Origin: Octopus bimaculoides
Lineage: Eukaryota
Assembly: GCF_001194135.2 (NCBI RefSeq)
Contig: NC_068986.1
Location: 9,895,234 to 9,959,233, forward strand
DNA length: 64,000 nucleotides
Direction: 5' to 3'
Shown: piece by piece, positions 38,418-51,501 of the stretch
Layout of the letters: each line of letters starts with the position of its first letter
Numbering within the stretch: position 1 is the stretch's first letter
Notes under the pieces: generated by a model
The model's database searches: none
Seen by the model: the letters and a program-made list of their open reading frames with translations, nothing else
What the model was told of the DNA's origin: nothing
Translations under genes and position numbers: made by a program

Positions 38418-40879
38418 CAACTTGGCAAAATAATATTGGTTTCAAATTTTGACACAAGGCCAGCATTGATGGGGAGGGTACAGGTTGATTACATCGACCC
38501 CCCCCCCCACCAATGTTCAACTGGTACTAATTTTATCAACCCCAAAACGATGAAAGGCAAAGTCAAACTCAGACAGACAAAATGCCACTATGCATTTTAC
38601 CTGGCATGCTAATGGCTCAGCCAGCTCTCTCACCACTCGGTAAAATATATAAAAAAACAAAACAAACATATATGAATTGTAAAGAAATAATAAAGTAGCA
38701 GTTCTACTGGCCAAGTGAAGTCAAAAGTTTTGGTTAAGGTCTCCAAAAACAAACCTTTCATTCAGTGTGAGAAATTAAGAATTCTATCTGCTGTTTCTAT
38801 TGCAACATCTGATGGTGTTTACCACAATAGCAAATGAAACAAGTGTACCATGTGCTATATGTACGTGTATGATCATCATCATCATTTAATATCCATTTTC
38901 CATGCTGGGATGGGTTGGATGGTTTGACAGGGGCCTCACTGTTCTGGCAGGGTTTCTACAGCTGGATGACCTTCTTAACACTAAACACCTTACAGAGGGG
39001 ACTGAGTGCTTTGTACAGGGCACCAACACCATGCACACACACTCATACTTGATGCACCATGAGTTGTAGCAATCATGGACCTCCATCCTCAACCTCCCAA
39101 TGTACAATTCACTCTCAATCTTTTCCAACTTCTTTTCAATTACAGGAAAAATTCATACATACAATGGGGCTGTGGCTGGTACAGAATGTACAGGGTCAGT
39201 GATGTCATGTGAGTGACCAAAGGGCTTTACTGAAAGGAACAGGAGTAAAGGAGGTCATGCAAGCAGAAGGACTGCTAGCATGGACCTCATTTGCTCTGGG
39301 GTTCTCACTTGGCATGGATGTGGTAGATGCATAAGCTGAGGGAATTTGGTGTTAGGTGGGGTAGGGCCCCACCCCCACGGATATATCCCGACAGGAAAGG
39401 ATTGATTTATGCGAGGACTTGCAAGGTAGGTGAACTACACTTTTACCCCCATGCCACAAATACAGACAGATGATGCAAACACAACACACTGGATATACAT
39501 GGCTGTATGGTAAGAAACCTGCTTCCCAACCACATAGTTCTGGGTTCGGTCCCACTGCATGGCATACTGGGACAGAGTCTTCTATTTGGCCATGGGCAGA
39601 CCTAAGCCTTGAGTGAATTTGGTAGATAGAAACTGAAAGAAGCTCATCATATATACATGCATGTGTGTGATTGTCCCCCACCACCACTTAACTGGTGTTG
39701 GTGTGTCTGTCCCCATAACTGAGCAGTTCAGCAAAAGAGACTGATAGAAAAAGTACCGGGCTTAAAAATAATTACTGGGGTCAATTCATTTGACTAAGGT
39801 GTGTGAGGGGGGGGGGGGAAGGCACTGCCCTACTGATGTGAATATCTCTTCAGAAATCAAAGAGAAAGAAGATAACTATGGACAACTACTTTGAACCCTC
39901 CAGCTTCTAAATTCACACTTATCACCATCATTGAACATCTGATGTCCATGCTGGCATGGGTTGGACGGTTTGACCAAGGCTGCACCAGACTCCAGCCTGA
40001 CTTGGCATGGTTCCCTTCCTAATGCCAACCACTGAGAGTGTAATGGGTGGTGCTTTTAGATGCCATGACTGCAATTTTACTTGGCTTGATGGGTCTTCTT
40101 CTCAAGTATAACAATGCCAAAGGTCTCGGTCATTGCCTCTGTGAGGCCCAACACCCAAAGAGCTTTTCATGTGCCACCAGCCAGACTTGGTTTTGTGAAT
40201 GACAATCTGAATAGGTTAAGGTTTGCAAGAAAAAAAATCAACCAGCCAACTTGCACAGTACAATCTGTCAGCAGTGAAAATATGCCAGACGTTTCTCAAC
40301 AATTTGAAATTGTTTTGTTATCTACATTCCAACAATAGGACTTTGTATCTTTGTTAAAAACTAGCTCCTTCCTTTAAGGAAGATTTCAAATAATTAAAAA
40401 CAGAAGACCACACACACACACCAGAGGCTCCTGAAACAGTTTCAGTTGACTTCAACGTATCAGTTTCTGAGAGCAGATTTTATTTTGTTAAAAATATCAA
40501 AAGTAAATTTCAAGGACATTCATTCTTTATGTAATATACATGTGTGTGTGTGTGTGTATGTATACACAAACAAACTCGTCTGCTTTCATTCATATTCAAA
40601 TGAAAACTAGGTGCGGTCCAACAGTTTAAGTTGTTGTTCATAACAAGTCATTTCTAAATCAGATGACACAGTTTCTCTCTGGAAAGCAAACTTCATTTCA
40701 CATTGTTCTAGTCTAAAACTAAATACCAGTGACACCTTGGAAGTCAAACCCTGTGTGATGGACTGTTGTCCCACCAAGGACCACCTGGTACTTTTCGTCA
40801 TTGAAGCAACACCAAAACTTGGATAAACTCTGACCTCATATGAGACTAAATGCAAGAGATAATACATTGAAGTTTAACA

Positions 40880-41400
40880 CACACACAAATACGTCCATGT
40901 CAGTGTGCATGCATGACAAAGTGCTAATGTATTGAGAGAAAATTATAAGAGGCATCAGATGTAATGTGCAAGAGAGGGAAGACTGCTGGCATTGAGCATG
41001 TGATGCATATACAGTAATCCCTCAGCACATCATGGATTTTTCTGGTTAATACATGTAAATTTATATCGCAGACTCCTCAGTATATCACAGGTTTCTGCGG
41101 CCGATAGGTATTGATAATTTTTAGATTTTAATTATTTCTGTGGGTGGTTTTGAAATGTAATACCCATGACAGTTGAGGGATTACTGTAGATGAGAACAGT
41201 TGCATAAAGAAGTGCTGATTGCTTTAAGTGGATGGAATTCATGGAAGAGACACACAGGAAGACATGAAATGAAGTATTGAAGTCTGATCTCAAGATGCTG
41301 AGCTTTATGGATGAGATTAAGATAATTGGTGATTTATTGTGCTCGAGAAGACCCATCACACACAGAAAAAGCTCTATGCACGTGCAGTGCCCTCTTCCCC
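40880..41400 (+). mobile_element. Decayed RTE LINE remnants
   Basis: Degenerate similarity to the C-terminal RTE region at 26860-27250 (e.g. GGCATCAGATGTAATGTGCAAGAGAG; AAAAAGCTCTATGCACGTGCAGTG). Confidence 0.5.
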
Positions 41401-43128
41401 CTCCCTCTGCCCTATTAAGCAACCTCCCAATTCTCATCCCCTATCACCTCTTGCTCCCCTATTTATGGTACTACTAGGGCTGGTGACATATTTCATTCCC
41501 TTCATCCATCCTCTCCCTAGAATTGCTTCCATTTCCACCAATCACCTGTTATCTCAACAGCTCTTCATCTCTCTCTCTCCCCTTTACTATATTCCATTCT
41601 CAACACCCTCTCACCTCTACAATCACACCCCACTTACTATACCTCTATATCTCCCTCCCCACTGCTCCAACACCTTGCACATCATGGGGGTGGTGGTGGT
41701 GGTGTTACTTTCTGATCTATTCTCCTCCCTGAACTACTCATATATCTCCCACCTAACACCTCTCCATACTGACACTTCCCTCAACTGAACCTCGACCCCG
41801 GGTTCATCACTCACTACAATCAACTCCATCACCATCTGTTACTACCCTTTACACTATGAAAGCACCAATGCTCTCCTGCCCACATCCTCTCTTAAGCTCA
41901 CCTTCTTATAATTTGAGAGTTTGCTCTGGCGCTCCCTCACTCCCTTCCCTTTATCTCCTCAACAACCACCCACATCTATATATAATAGGGGTAGGCCATG
42001 TGTCTCCTCTACAGCCAGACACTTGTTTCTCTATTTTACTTCAGCCTCCCCCCCCCCCGCCTCAAATATTCCCTATTTAGTAGTGGAAACCTTTTCTTCT
42101 CACCGCTCTTCTTCCGTCATGCAAGTTACTTAGCAACGTTCCTAGTGCTAGGAGCATGTAAAAAGCACCCAGTACACTCTGTAAAGTGGTTGGCATTAGG
42201 AAGGGCATCCACAGAAATCATGCTAAAACTGACATTAGAGCCCTACACAGCCTTGCAGCTCACAAGATCCTATCAAATAATCCAACCCATGCCAGCATGG
42301 AGTGTAGACATTAAATGTCTACATGATGATCATAAATATTATTGAAATATTATTTACGATGATCATAAATATTATTGAAGCATTATATATCGCTACCAAT
42401 AGCAAACCTGAAGAGAAAGTCAGCTTGCACAGCATACAGAAACCACACACACACAGTGTAGTAACACAGATGAATCAAGTTTCAACATGAATCTGTTTAC
42501 AATATACAGAATAATCTAGCTGGATATTGTTAAAATACAAAAACAATTCTGAATTTTTTCTTCAGCTGTTCTGCATCTATTTTCCCGTAATATTGATTCA
42601 TACTCAAAATCAATAGCAAACGATAAATATTTATATCTGATTATTGTCATCTCTGCATGTTCAGTCCATTGGTTTCAAAGTTGTTCTCCACCCACCAATA
42701 GTTATCTAATTGTTTCCTCCTCCCACTGCTGCTAATGTGCAGGTGAAAGCTAATTTTACATACAACAAAGCAGGCAGATTAATGTCATTTACCTGAGCAC
42801 ACTTACATCAAGTAATCAATTGGAAATTTCAAATTGGGACCTGGAAATGGAACACCAATCTCCAAAATCTCGAATTTCTTTCCCAGTCTTACATGCTGTC
42901 AATATTTACAAAGTTTTCATACTTATAATTTTATGACCCCCTACCATTTCTATCCCAACAGTCAGAAGGAATTAGTTATACATGGATTGTAAGGGGTACA
43001 GAACACGTTCACACCTACAAGAGATCCTTAAAAAACAAAAACAAATCCTGGGTTGTTCTCAATTTCCTTGAGGACATTGAGACGAAACCCATGAGATGTT
43101 GCTTCCAGCCTGGTAACATTCCATTTCT

Positions 43129-43352
43129 TGTTTCTTTATTGCCCACAAGGGGCTAAACATAGAGGGGACAAACAAGAACAGACAAAGGGATTAAGTTGAT
43201 TACATCGACCCCAACTGGTACTTAATTTATCGACCCTGAAAGGATGAAAGGCAAAGTTGACCTCAGCGGAATTTGAACTCAGAACGTAACGGCAGATGAA
43301 ATACCGCTAAGCATTTCGCCCGGTTTGCTAACATTTCTACCAGCTCGTCGAC
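43129..43352 (-). mobile_element. tRNA-headed SINE family B (representative copy)
   Basis: GAGCTGGTAGAAATGTTAGCAAACCGGGCGAAATGCTTAGCGGTATTTC..GAGTTCAAATTCCGCTGAGGTCAACTTTGCCTTTCATCC..CCCCTTGTGGGCAATAAAGAAA. Other copies near 835, 11070, 14890, 24445, 31990, 32755, 33385, 38425, 47720, 57557-57920, 58265, 58740 and 58990. Confidence 0.85.
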
Positions 43353-45681
43353 TTCCCAGAAATGGAATGTTACCATTCCATTTCTGTTAAATGCAATGTT
43401 ACCATTCCATTTCTGTTAAATGCAGTGCTTTGGGTAAACAGTCAGTGAAGTTCAGCAGACATGTTCCCTAATCACTTGATGTCCAATCAAACCACAGACT
43501 TTAGTATTTATTTTGATGGTGTACGAGCCAAATTCTGCAGGCCAAAGATGGATCAAGTCCAATCTATTATATGGTAATTATTCCATAAAATGAGGTCACT
43601 ACATTGAAGGAGGAAATCAGAGAGTGGGATGTCAGTTAAAATTTAAGCATTTCATTGCCATCTCTTTAATGTCCACTTTTCTGTGCTTTCATGGGTCTGA
43701 TGGAGGAGATTGATCTTCTATGGCTGGATGCCCTTCCTGTCTCCATGTCCAGACAAGTTTACATGAAAGATTGGAAGTGAATGACACTGCTTGTATGACA
43801 GTGACATTCAATTACAACTATCACATAATGTTAAGACAAGGAGGCACAAACACACATATATATGAAACTGGCTTCTTTTAGTTCAGTGCCAATAAAGGAA
43901 TGAACCTGAAACCATAATGGCGGGAGACGGGAAGCGAAGTTCTTAACTGAGCCATTAATTAATATTATTAAACATAGGCGCTGACATGGCAAAAAGTTTG
44001 CTTCTTGACCACATGGTTCCAGGTTCAGTCCCATTCCATGTCATCTTGGGCAAGTGTCTTCTACTACAGCCTCAGGCCAACCAAAGCCTTATGAGTGGAT
44101 TTGGTAGATGGAAACTGAAAGAAGCCCATCGTATATACAGGTATGTCACCATCACTTGACAACCAGTGTGTATGTGATTTACATCTCCTTAACTTAGCAG
44201 TTCAGCAAAACAGACTGATAGAATAAGTGGCAAGCTTAAAAGAAAAAAAAATGAAGTCCTGGGGTTGATTCGTTCAACTTAAATTCGTCAAGAGGTGCCC
44301 CAGCATGACCGCAGTCTTACAACTGAAGCAAGTAAAAGACAATTGAGATCATTCTTCGGAATGCACATTTTTGTCAATTGGCTTTGTATTGCTATTAATG
44401 CGTTTTATCCTTATTTTACTGATGAAAAGAGGAGGGAAACCAGATCCAATTTGGTAAGATTTTACCTAAGAACAGAGGTATTTCATGCACTGCTTTACCA
44501 TTTCTGCCAACAGAGCTACAAAACAACGAATTTATAAGACAGGAGAATAAGACTGTGTGACATTCATGCCTATTTTCAAAGGCATGGACAAAACTTAGTT
44601 AATAAAGTGGTTGCTGCCAGCAATCAATAATGAATGAACAGTGGAGCCGTTAAGTTACGGGGATGTGAACACACCAATACCGGTTGTCAAGCTGTGATAG
44701 TGGACAGACACAAGGACACACACACACAAATATATATATATACGACGGGCTTCATTCCGTTTCCGTCTACCAAATCCACACACAAGGCTCTGGTCAGTCT
44801 GAGATTATAGTAGAAAACACTTGCCCAAGGTGCCACGCAGTGGGACTGAACCCGAAACCATGTGATTGGGAAGCAAACTTCTTACCACAGAGCCACGCCT
44901 ACTGACAGCCGGAAGTGACCTCTGACGAAGAAAAATAAACAATGTCAAAAACGAAAACACCTAATTAGCTTCCTCTTTAACCCAGAGCAATTAGTAACGA
45001 AGTGGGCGTTCCTTACATTAATCAAGCCGCTTCCTTTCATTAAAAAAAAAAGAAAAGAAAAAAATGGCCACTTCTTCCCCCAAAAGGTGTGAAAACGGCA
45101 GAGGTCTGGAACAGGTCATCCACATAAGCTGGATTTTCTNNNNNNNNNNNNNNNNNNNNNTAATCAGAACTACCAAAGTTTTATAGAAAATACAGTTGCA
45201 CAAGAATAGGGATACTTCTAGTAGGAATCACTAAGTGAGAAATTAGCCATGAATATAGATGGTCTAGATTGAAGTCATGAGAGAGGGAGGGGGGGAGGGA
45301 TTTTACACGATTAGAAGTTCAGATATTATCTCGTGGTTTGTATTATTACATTAATACTGACGACATAGGTTGAGGGGAGGGGCTAGAATGGTTATAATTG
45401 TATTCTATGAAAAAAACGGCGAAGCACGTAATATGTTATCTAAAAATAATTGTTCAAGTTTACGTATGTATGTGTATATATATATATATATATATATAAG
45501 GGTGATAGGTGAACCCCTTCGGTCAAGAATAACCAGAGGATTGCACCTGGAAAGTTACACTCCGAGGCACAAATCCGTGCAAGGTTGTTTATGGGAAGAC
45601 CAGCAGTCGCCCATACATACCAGCCTCCCCTGTATGTATGTATATATATATAATAAATAAATATATATATACACACACACA

Positions 45682-45843
45682 CAATTGAAGGTGGACGAAC
45701 TTTATACCGCACTCCACTACGTTCTTAACAGTATATACCATAACTATATATATATACACACACAATTGAAGGTGGACGAACTTTATACCGTACTCCACTA
45801 CGTTCTTAACAGTATATACCATAACTATATATATATATATAAT
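45682..45843. repeat. Direct tandem duplication, 81-bp period, two copies
   Basis: CAATTGAAGGTGGACGAACTTTATACCG..GTATATACCATAACTATATA begins at both 45682 and 45763. Confidence 0.9.
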
Positions 45844-45854
45844 ACACACACACA

Positions 45855-45977
45855 CAGGGTGGTTCAAAAGTCGCCATACATAAGAACAATTTACTTTTTT
45901 ATAAGTTTTTTTTTATTTAACTGTTTCTTATAAAAAAATACATTTTTCCTATGTATGCTGACTTTTGAATCACCCTG
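45855..45977. mobile_element. 123-bp Tc1/mariner-type MITE
   Basis: TIRs CAGGGTGGTTCAAAAGTCGCCATACATA / TATGTATGCTGACTTTTGAATCACCCTG, with TA at the right end. Confidence 0.8.
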
Positions 45978-47106
45978 TATGTGTGTGTATATATATATAG
46001 TTTCAGTCACTAGACTGCAGCCATGCTGGGGCACCGCTTTGAAAGAATTTAGTCGAACGAATCAACCCCAGTACTTATTCTATCAAACTCATTCGTCTAA
46101 CTGCCAAGTTACGGGGACGTAAATACACCAACACTGGTTGCCAAGCAGCGATAGGACACACACGAGGGGGTTTTTAATTTCCGTCTTCCGGCATTCTTTC
46201 GTTAGAAACAGCACGCCCTACCAAATCCACTCGAGGCTTTGATCAGTCCGAAGCTACAATAGAATACATTTGTTTAAGGTGTCATGTAGTGGGATCATGA
46301 GCTTGGGAAGCAAACTTCTTTCTACACAGCCACGCCTGTGCGTCTGTATTTCAGAGGTATAGTTGGCAGGCCAGGGATCTGATCTGAGGCCATGCATTGA
46401 AACCAAAACAATTAGAGTGGAAGACACATAATAACAACCATTGAAAAACAGCCGAGTGGAACCGTGTCGGTGACAAGGTCCTAATTGGCGCAATGATCAT
46501 TTTGCCACCAAACACTGTTAAAAGGGAAGTTAAACAATGTGTTTTTGAATGACTAATATGCGTCTTCCACACTAATTGTGTTTGTGCGTATGCATGCATA
46601 TATATATATATATATACACACACACCAAGTATTTAGTAAAGAAAGCATCATTGTAGTATTAGTTAAATAACAAAGGAATTAATGACAATCAAAAACTGCG
46701 ACAAACAGGGGAAACAAAGGTAGTTAAAAAAGAGAAACCCTTAATACTAAAATGGTATAAGGAAACTTCACAAATGACCGACAATGTTTTTTTAATATTT
46801 TTTTTTCTTTTGTAATTCTATTATATATTTATACACACACTGGCAATAGATAGCAAAAATATCCGTTTTATGGTGAAGGCGCGAAGATTTTGTAGAAAAA
46901 AATACAAAGGAATATTTAAGGAATTATAAAAATCATCATATATCGTATATGAAAAATAAATTTTGCAAAATAATAAAGTAAAATGAAATAAATAAGAGAG
47001 AGAGAGCAGTAACATCCATAATATTAAACACAACAAAGTCTTTTTATATTAAAACATTTCAACAGAAAATGATAAACAGAGAAAAAAAATAAAAAGATAA
47101 AATATG

Positions 47107-47115
47107 AAAGGATAC
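47107..47115 (-). other. U12-type 5' splice site of ZNF207 intron 1
   Basis: |GTATCCTTT, an exact match to the minor-spliceosome donor consensus RTATCCTTT. Confidence 0.93.
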
Positions 47116-47156
47116 CAGCACCAAGGTTTCAACTGCTTCTTCTTTTTCCGACCCAT
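47116..47156 (-). CDS. ZNF207: ZNF207/BuGZ coding exon 1 (start codon at 47156)
   Basis: ATG GGT CGG AAA AAG AAG AAG CAG TTG AAA CCT TGG TGC TG| encodes MGRKKKKQLKPWC(W). A likely acceptor at 47195 (ttttttcaatatcaaccag|) implies an upstream non-coding exon. The nine-exon model totals 1158 nt in frame. Confidence 0.97.
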
Positions 47157-47439
47157 TATTATTAATTATTTTTACAGACTTTTGAAGTTATTTCCTGGTT
47201 GATATTGAAAAAAGACAATAAAACTGAAACGGTTGATGTGAACGTTGGATGAAATGGGAGAGACGGATGTCTGGGGGAGAAGAGAAATTAATAGAGAAAA
47301 GCGAGCACAATTGAGGGGCCACTGTTGAAGTAGTGTTATCTAAAGAGTAAACCACAACTTTATAATGTTGTTGGTGGTTATTTAAATCAAATCAAATCAA
47401 ATAACGAAAGTTTTACACCAAATTTTTTTCAGCTGCGTT

Positions 47440-47540
47440 TTTTGGGTGAAGAAACCTAAGATGGCTTCTGAAATAACCCGGATGACGATAATGACAGGAG
47501 AGTTCCACACTTCCGCTCACGTAACCGCGCCGTCGTGATT
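47440..47540 (-). promoter_or_regulatory. Probable TATA-less, CpG-containing ZNF207 promoter/TSS region
   Basis: YY1-like AAGATGGC (47458-47465), ETS-like ACTTCCGC (47509-47516) and TCACGTAA (47517-47524), clustered about 300 nt upstream of the ATG in locally CpG-rich DNA. Confidence 0.6.
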
Positions 47541-49479
47541 TTCTCATCTGACTCTCTACCTCTCTTTCATCTCCCTCTCTCTTACATCTCTTCCTTTTTG
47601 TCTCTTTCTCTCCGTCTATCTTATCTCCCCCTCTTCCTCTCTCAGCAGACATGTTTAATAAGAGAGAAAGAGTTATATAATTGAAGTCAAAGAATAATTC
47701 TTTCTGTTAATGAGATACTCCCTGAAATTTTGAGGGAGGTGCTAGTCAATTACATCGACCTTAGTATTCACCTGGTACTTATTTTTATCGACCCCGAAAG
47801 GATAAAAGGTAAAAATCGACCACAGCCAGATTTGAACTCAAGACGTAGAAGAAATATCGCTGAGTCTTTCGTCCGGCGTGCTAACGATTTTGCCAGCGCG
47901 CCGTCTGTAATATAGGAGCCTTATGTAATTAAAGCTATATAAATCAGTTATATCCGCATAACTGCGTGTGTATGTGCATTTAATTGATTAGACAGTTATT
48001 ATTTAATTGAAGCTAAAATTTAACGATTACAGGGCACAAAATTACTAAAGTCTAAACTTTACTTAGACATAAATTGTATTACTTCAGGTTTTGTGTTAAA
48101 CATATTATTCTCTTAGGAACAATGTATGTCACGGCCTTCACCTCTTTACGTCCGTGTGTATGTGTGTGAGAGTATGTATGTATGTATGTCTCTCTCTCTC
48201 TCTCTCTCTCTCTCGCTATATATATATAGCGTTCCTATAGAATAGTCTTAAATTATATAGTGTACCTTACGATTTAAAAGGGGGGAAAAAAAAGAAGAAA
48301 AGACGAAAGGAAGGGAAAATGGGAGCGAGAAGTTGCGGGGAAAATTCCTGCTACTTTTAACTTAATTTTTCAGTTTTGATTTTCCTTTGAAAATGTTTCA
48401 GATTTATGCGTTAATCAACTGAGATTAAGAATTTTTAATATGTATGTTTGATTAAAAAAAAACCAACAAAACAACAACCAAATAAATAAAAATTTTAAAT
48501 AATTCAGAAAAAGTCACAACGTGGGTGAAGGTGGAAGGGAAGTTCTGTTGTCCGTCACCTTTTTCTTTTTTGCTGTTGTAAAATTAATTTTTAAATTATT
48601 TTTCTTGCTATTCTATAAAACTCCTATAATCACCATCATCATCATCATCATCTCCACCACCAGCATCATCGTCATCATTTAACGTCCGTGTCCCATGCTG
48701 TCATGGATTGAACAGTCGGCGGGATTCAACGGGGTGCAAGGATTGCATCGTCTTCCCTTCTCTACTTTCGCAATCCCTTCTTGCTTATATTTTTCGTGCA
48801 GGTATTAAAGGTTCAAGAGGAACATTAATGGTATCAATCTCATTGGTCTGGGACATTGGCTCTGCCCCTTTCTTCAGACCCAACAAGTAAAATATATGTG
48901 TGTATATGTGTCTGAGTACGTAAGTATGTACACATGCATGTGTGTGTGTATAAGCGAATGATCAACCTAAGAATTAATTCATTAAATGGAGTTCAAAAAG
49001 ACGAAGACATTATGTATGTATATGTCTTTGTCTTTTGTTTTTCTAATAAATTTCAGCTTTATGTTATACGCTCACGTGGTCGCTCCAGTTTTATCTTGCT
49101 TTCACTTCCTACTCTTTGGACTTAACATATCTTAACTACTTTCCGAACTTTCTGTACCCCTCCTCACCTATATACCAGCACTCCATCTGGATTACCCCTG
49201 GACATACCGACTCTACTTTCACAGATTTCTCTGGAGTTTTTTCGTTGATGTAAATCGCTCCAATCTACCATGACTTTTGAGAACTTTTTTGAACTTTCTG
49301 AACTTTCATACTCCGTACGTTAATACTTTGCCTTTCTCTCTCCTTTTCTTCCTTTTTTCTTCTCGTCTCTCATTTTCTCCTTTTTTTCTTCTCTCCTCGA
49401 CTTTTGAACTTTCATACTCCGTACGTTATTACTTGGCCTTTCTCCTTTCCTTCTTTTTTCTCCTTTTTCCAGCATGCCT

Positions 49480-51320
49480 AATTCCAAATCCTTCCTCTCC
49501 CACCTTCAACACCGTCTAAAGAAACACCTTTCCACACTCCCTTTCCACTTTCAACCTTCTATTAATCTTTTCCTACTGATTTTAAAAAAAACACGCTCCT
49601 GTAGTCATGTTTCTTTTCTCAGTCGCCACCTTCACCACCACCTCATCCCCAAAGGCTTTCCACCTCCATTTCCACCTCCATTTCCACCCCATTTTCCACT
49701 CTGCTTCTGCCATCCTACCCACACTCCGTACTACCTCCTACCGCCTTATGTGTGCTACCATTCTTTCTAATATCTCCAAAATACACACCCTCCATCGCCT
49801 TCTCCTTCTCACATATTCCACCTTTTTCTCCTGCCTTTCACCTTCCTATGCACACTCCACTCTATGCTTCATACTCCATTTAAATAATCTTTTCCATGAG
49901 TTCCTCACTCGCACTAAACAACATAAACCCCACTCACTCGTTCATTCTGTCCCACCCGATGCCTCTACATCCACTCCACCCCTCCATCTCCGATCCACCC
50001 CCCTCATCCTCACTCCTACCCTTCCATTACTCCAACCCCTATGCACTTCTTCCTCCTCTCTCTCCTCCCAGCCTTCCACTGCCTCCACCACCCCTCCCAC
50101 ATCTAACTCATTCACCCCCCTCCTCACTTCAGTTGTTACCATTTCTCCTGATCTTCCCCTCTCTGAGGCGGAGCACTCTCTTCTCAGTAAGGGCCTGTGC
50201 TTTATCCCTCTTGCTCCATCCAGTAACGAGTTTCAGACCCATGCTGATATTCATAGCTTTGTGCACCGCATCAGGCTATATGCACTTTTCCACAACACTC
50301 CACTTGCATCTAATGAAGAGGACTACTTCACCGGTCTGGGCCATTGACCACCCCACTGGACGCCAGCTCCTGGCCAGTTCCAAGCAGTTGATCATTTTGC
50401 AAGCATCTGCCAACATGTTGTGAACCGGTTCAACTTTCGCAGGCATCCCCAACAGCTCAACATCTCTCCGGCTGAACTCTCGGCCCTTTGATGTCTCCAC
50501 CGTCGCAAAGACATCATCATAAACGCAGCTGACAAGGGTGGAGCCATGGTGGTGTGGTGCACAGACCTCTACAAGGCTGAAGCTCTCCACCAACTTAAAG
50601 ACATCTTCTATTGCCCTCTGCCCTCCGACCCCACACCTAACTACCAACAGACTGTGTCCTCTACTATCCATGACCTCATCTCCTCCTCCCACTACCTCCA
50701 ACCTCACTGTTTGCATTCCATGCACCTCCACCATTTACTCCCTTCCCAAAATCCACAAGCCCAACAACCCTGCCTACCCCATCATCTCTGCCTGCAACTG
50801 CCCTATGGAATTGATCTCTATATACTTCGACCGTGTCTTTGCCCCTCCTACTGGCTTCCCTCCCCTCCCACATCTATGACACTAACCATGCTCTCCCTCT
50901 CTAACTTTTTGCCTTCCATCCTGGCCCCTACTTGCTCCTACCTCTCCAACACCATCACCCTCACAGGCACCCATCATCATTCCTATCACATCACTGACTC
51001 CTTTACCTGCACTTCCAGCAATGTCATTTACTGCATCTCCTGTTCTTTCTGCCTTTCCCTGTACATTGGTCAAACAGGATGTTGCTTGGCTGACCAGTTT
51101 GCAGAGCACCTCTGAGATATCAGACTCAGCAATGACACCCCGGTCTTGTGCTGTTTCCGCTCTACTGGTCATTCGCTACAACATCTGTCTGTGTTCGGAC
51201 TGTCTTTTCACAGGGGCCATCCAGACTCCTGCCTTTGCTGTGAACAGGAATTAATCTTCTCTTTTCGCTCCTTTCCACCACATGGGTTCAACTCCCCTCC
51301 TCTCTTCATCTGACACCTAC
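49480..51320 (+). mobile_element. Decayed, internally deleted Penelope-like retroelement (RT N-terminal half plus GIY-YIG endonuclease)
   Basis: HVSFLSR..LIPKGF, SLLSKGLCFIP, DIIINAADKGGAMVVW, YSLPKIHKPNNPAYPIISACNCP, and FTCTSSNVIYCISC..CLSLYIGQTG..LADQFAEHL. Multiple stops and frameshifts; central RT motifs missing. Confidence 0.9.
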
Positions 51321-51469
51321 TTCATCAGCTGAGTGGATTGGAGCAATGTGAAATGAAATGCTTTGCTTTAGAACACAATGCGCCACTCGGTCCAGAAATT
51401 GAACCTACAATCTGGCAATCATGAGTGCAACACCCTAACCACAAGGCCATGCACTTTCACCATATATGA

Positions 51470-51500
<31 letters not shown>

Positions 51501-51501
<1 letters not shown>

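Noticed and set aside
44920-44960. CTGACGA...GAAA hammerhead-like spacing (similar at 37445 and 13912)
   Set aside because: No stem II or stem I pairing; chance matches in A-rich DNA.
45682-45843. Direct repeats checked as a CRISPR-like or functional array
   Set aside because: Two adjacent copies with no unique spacers in eukaryotic DNA; a simple microsatellite-bounded tandem duplication.
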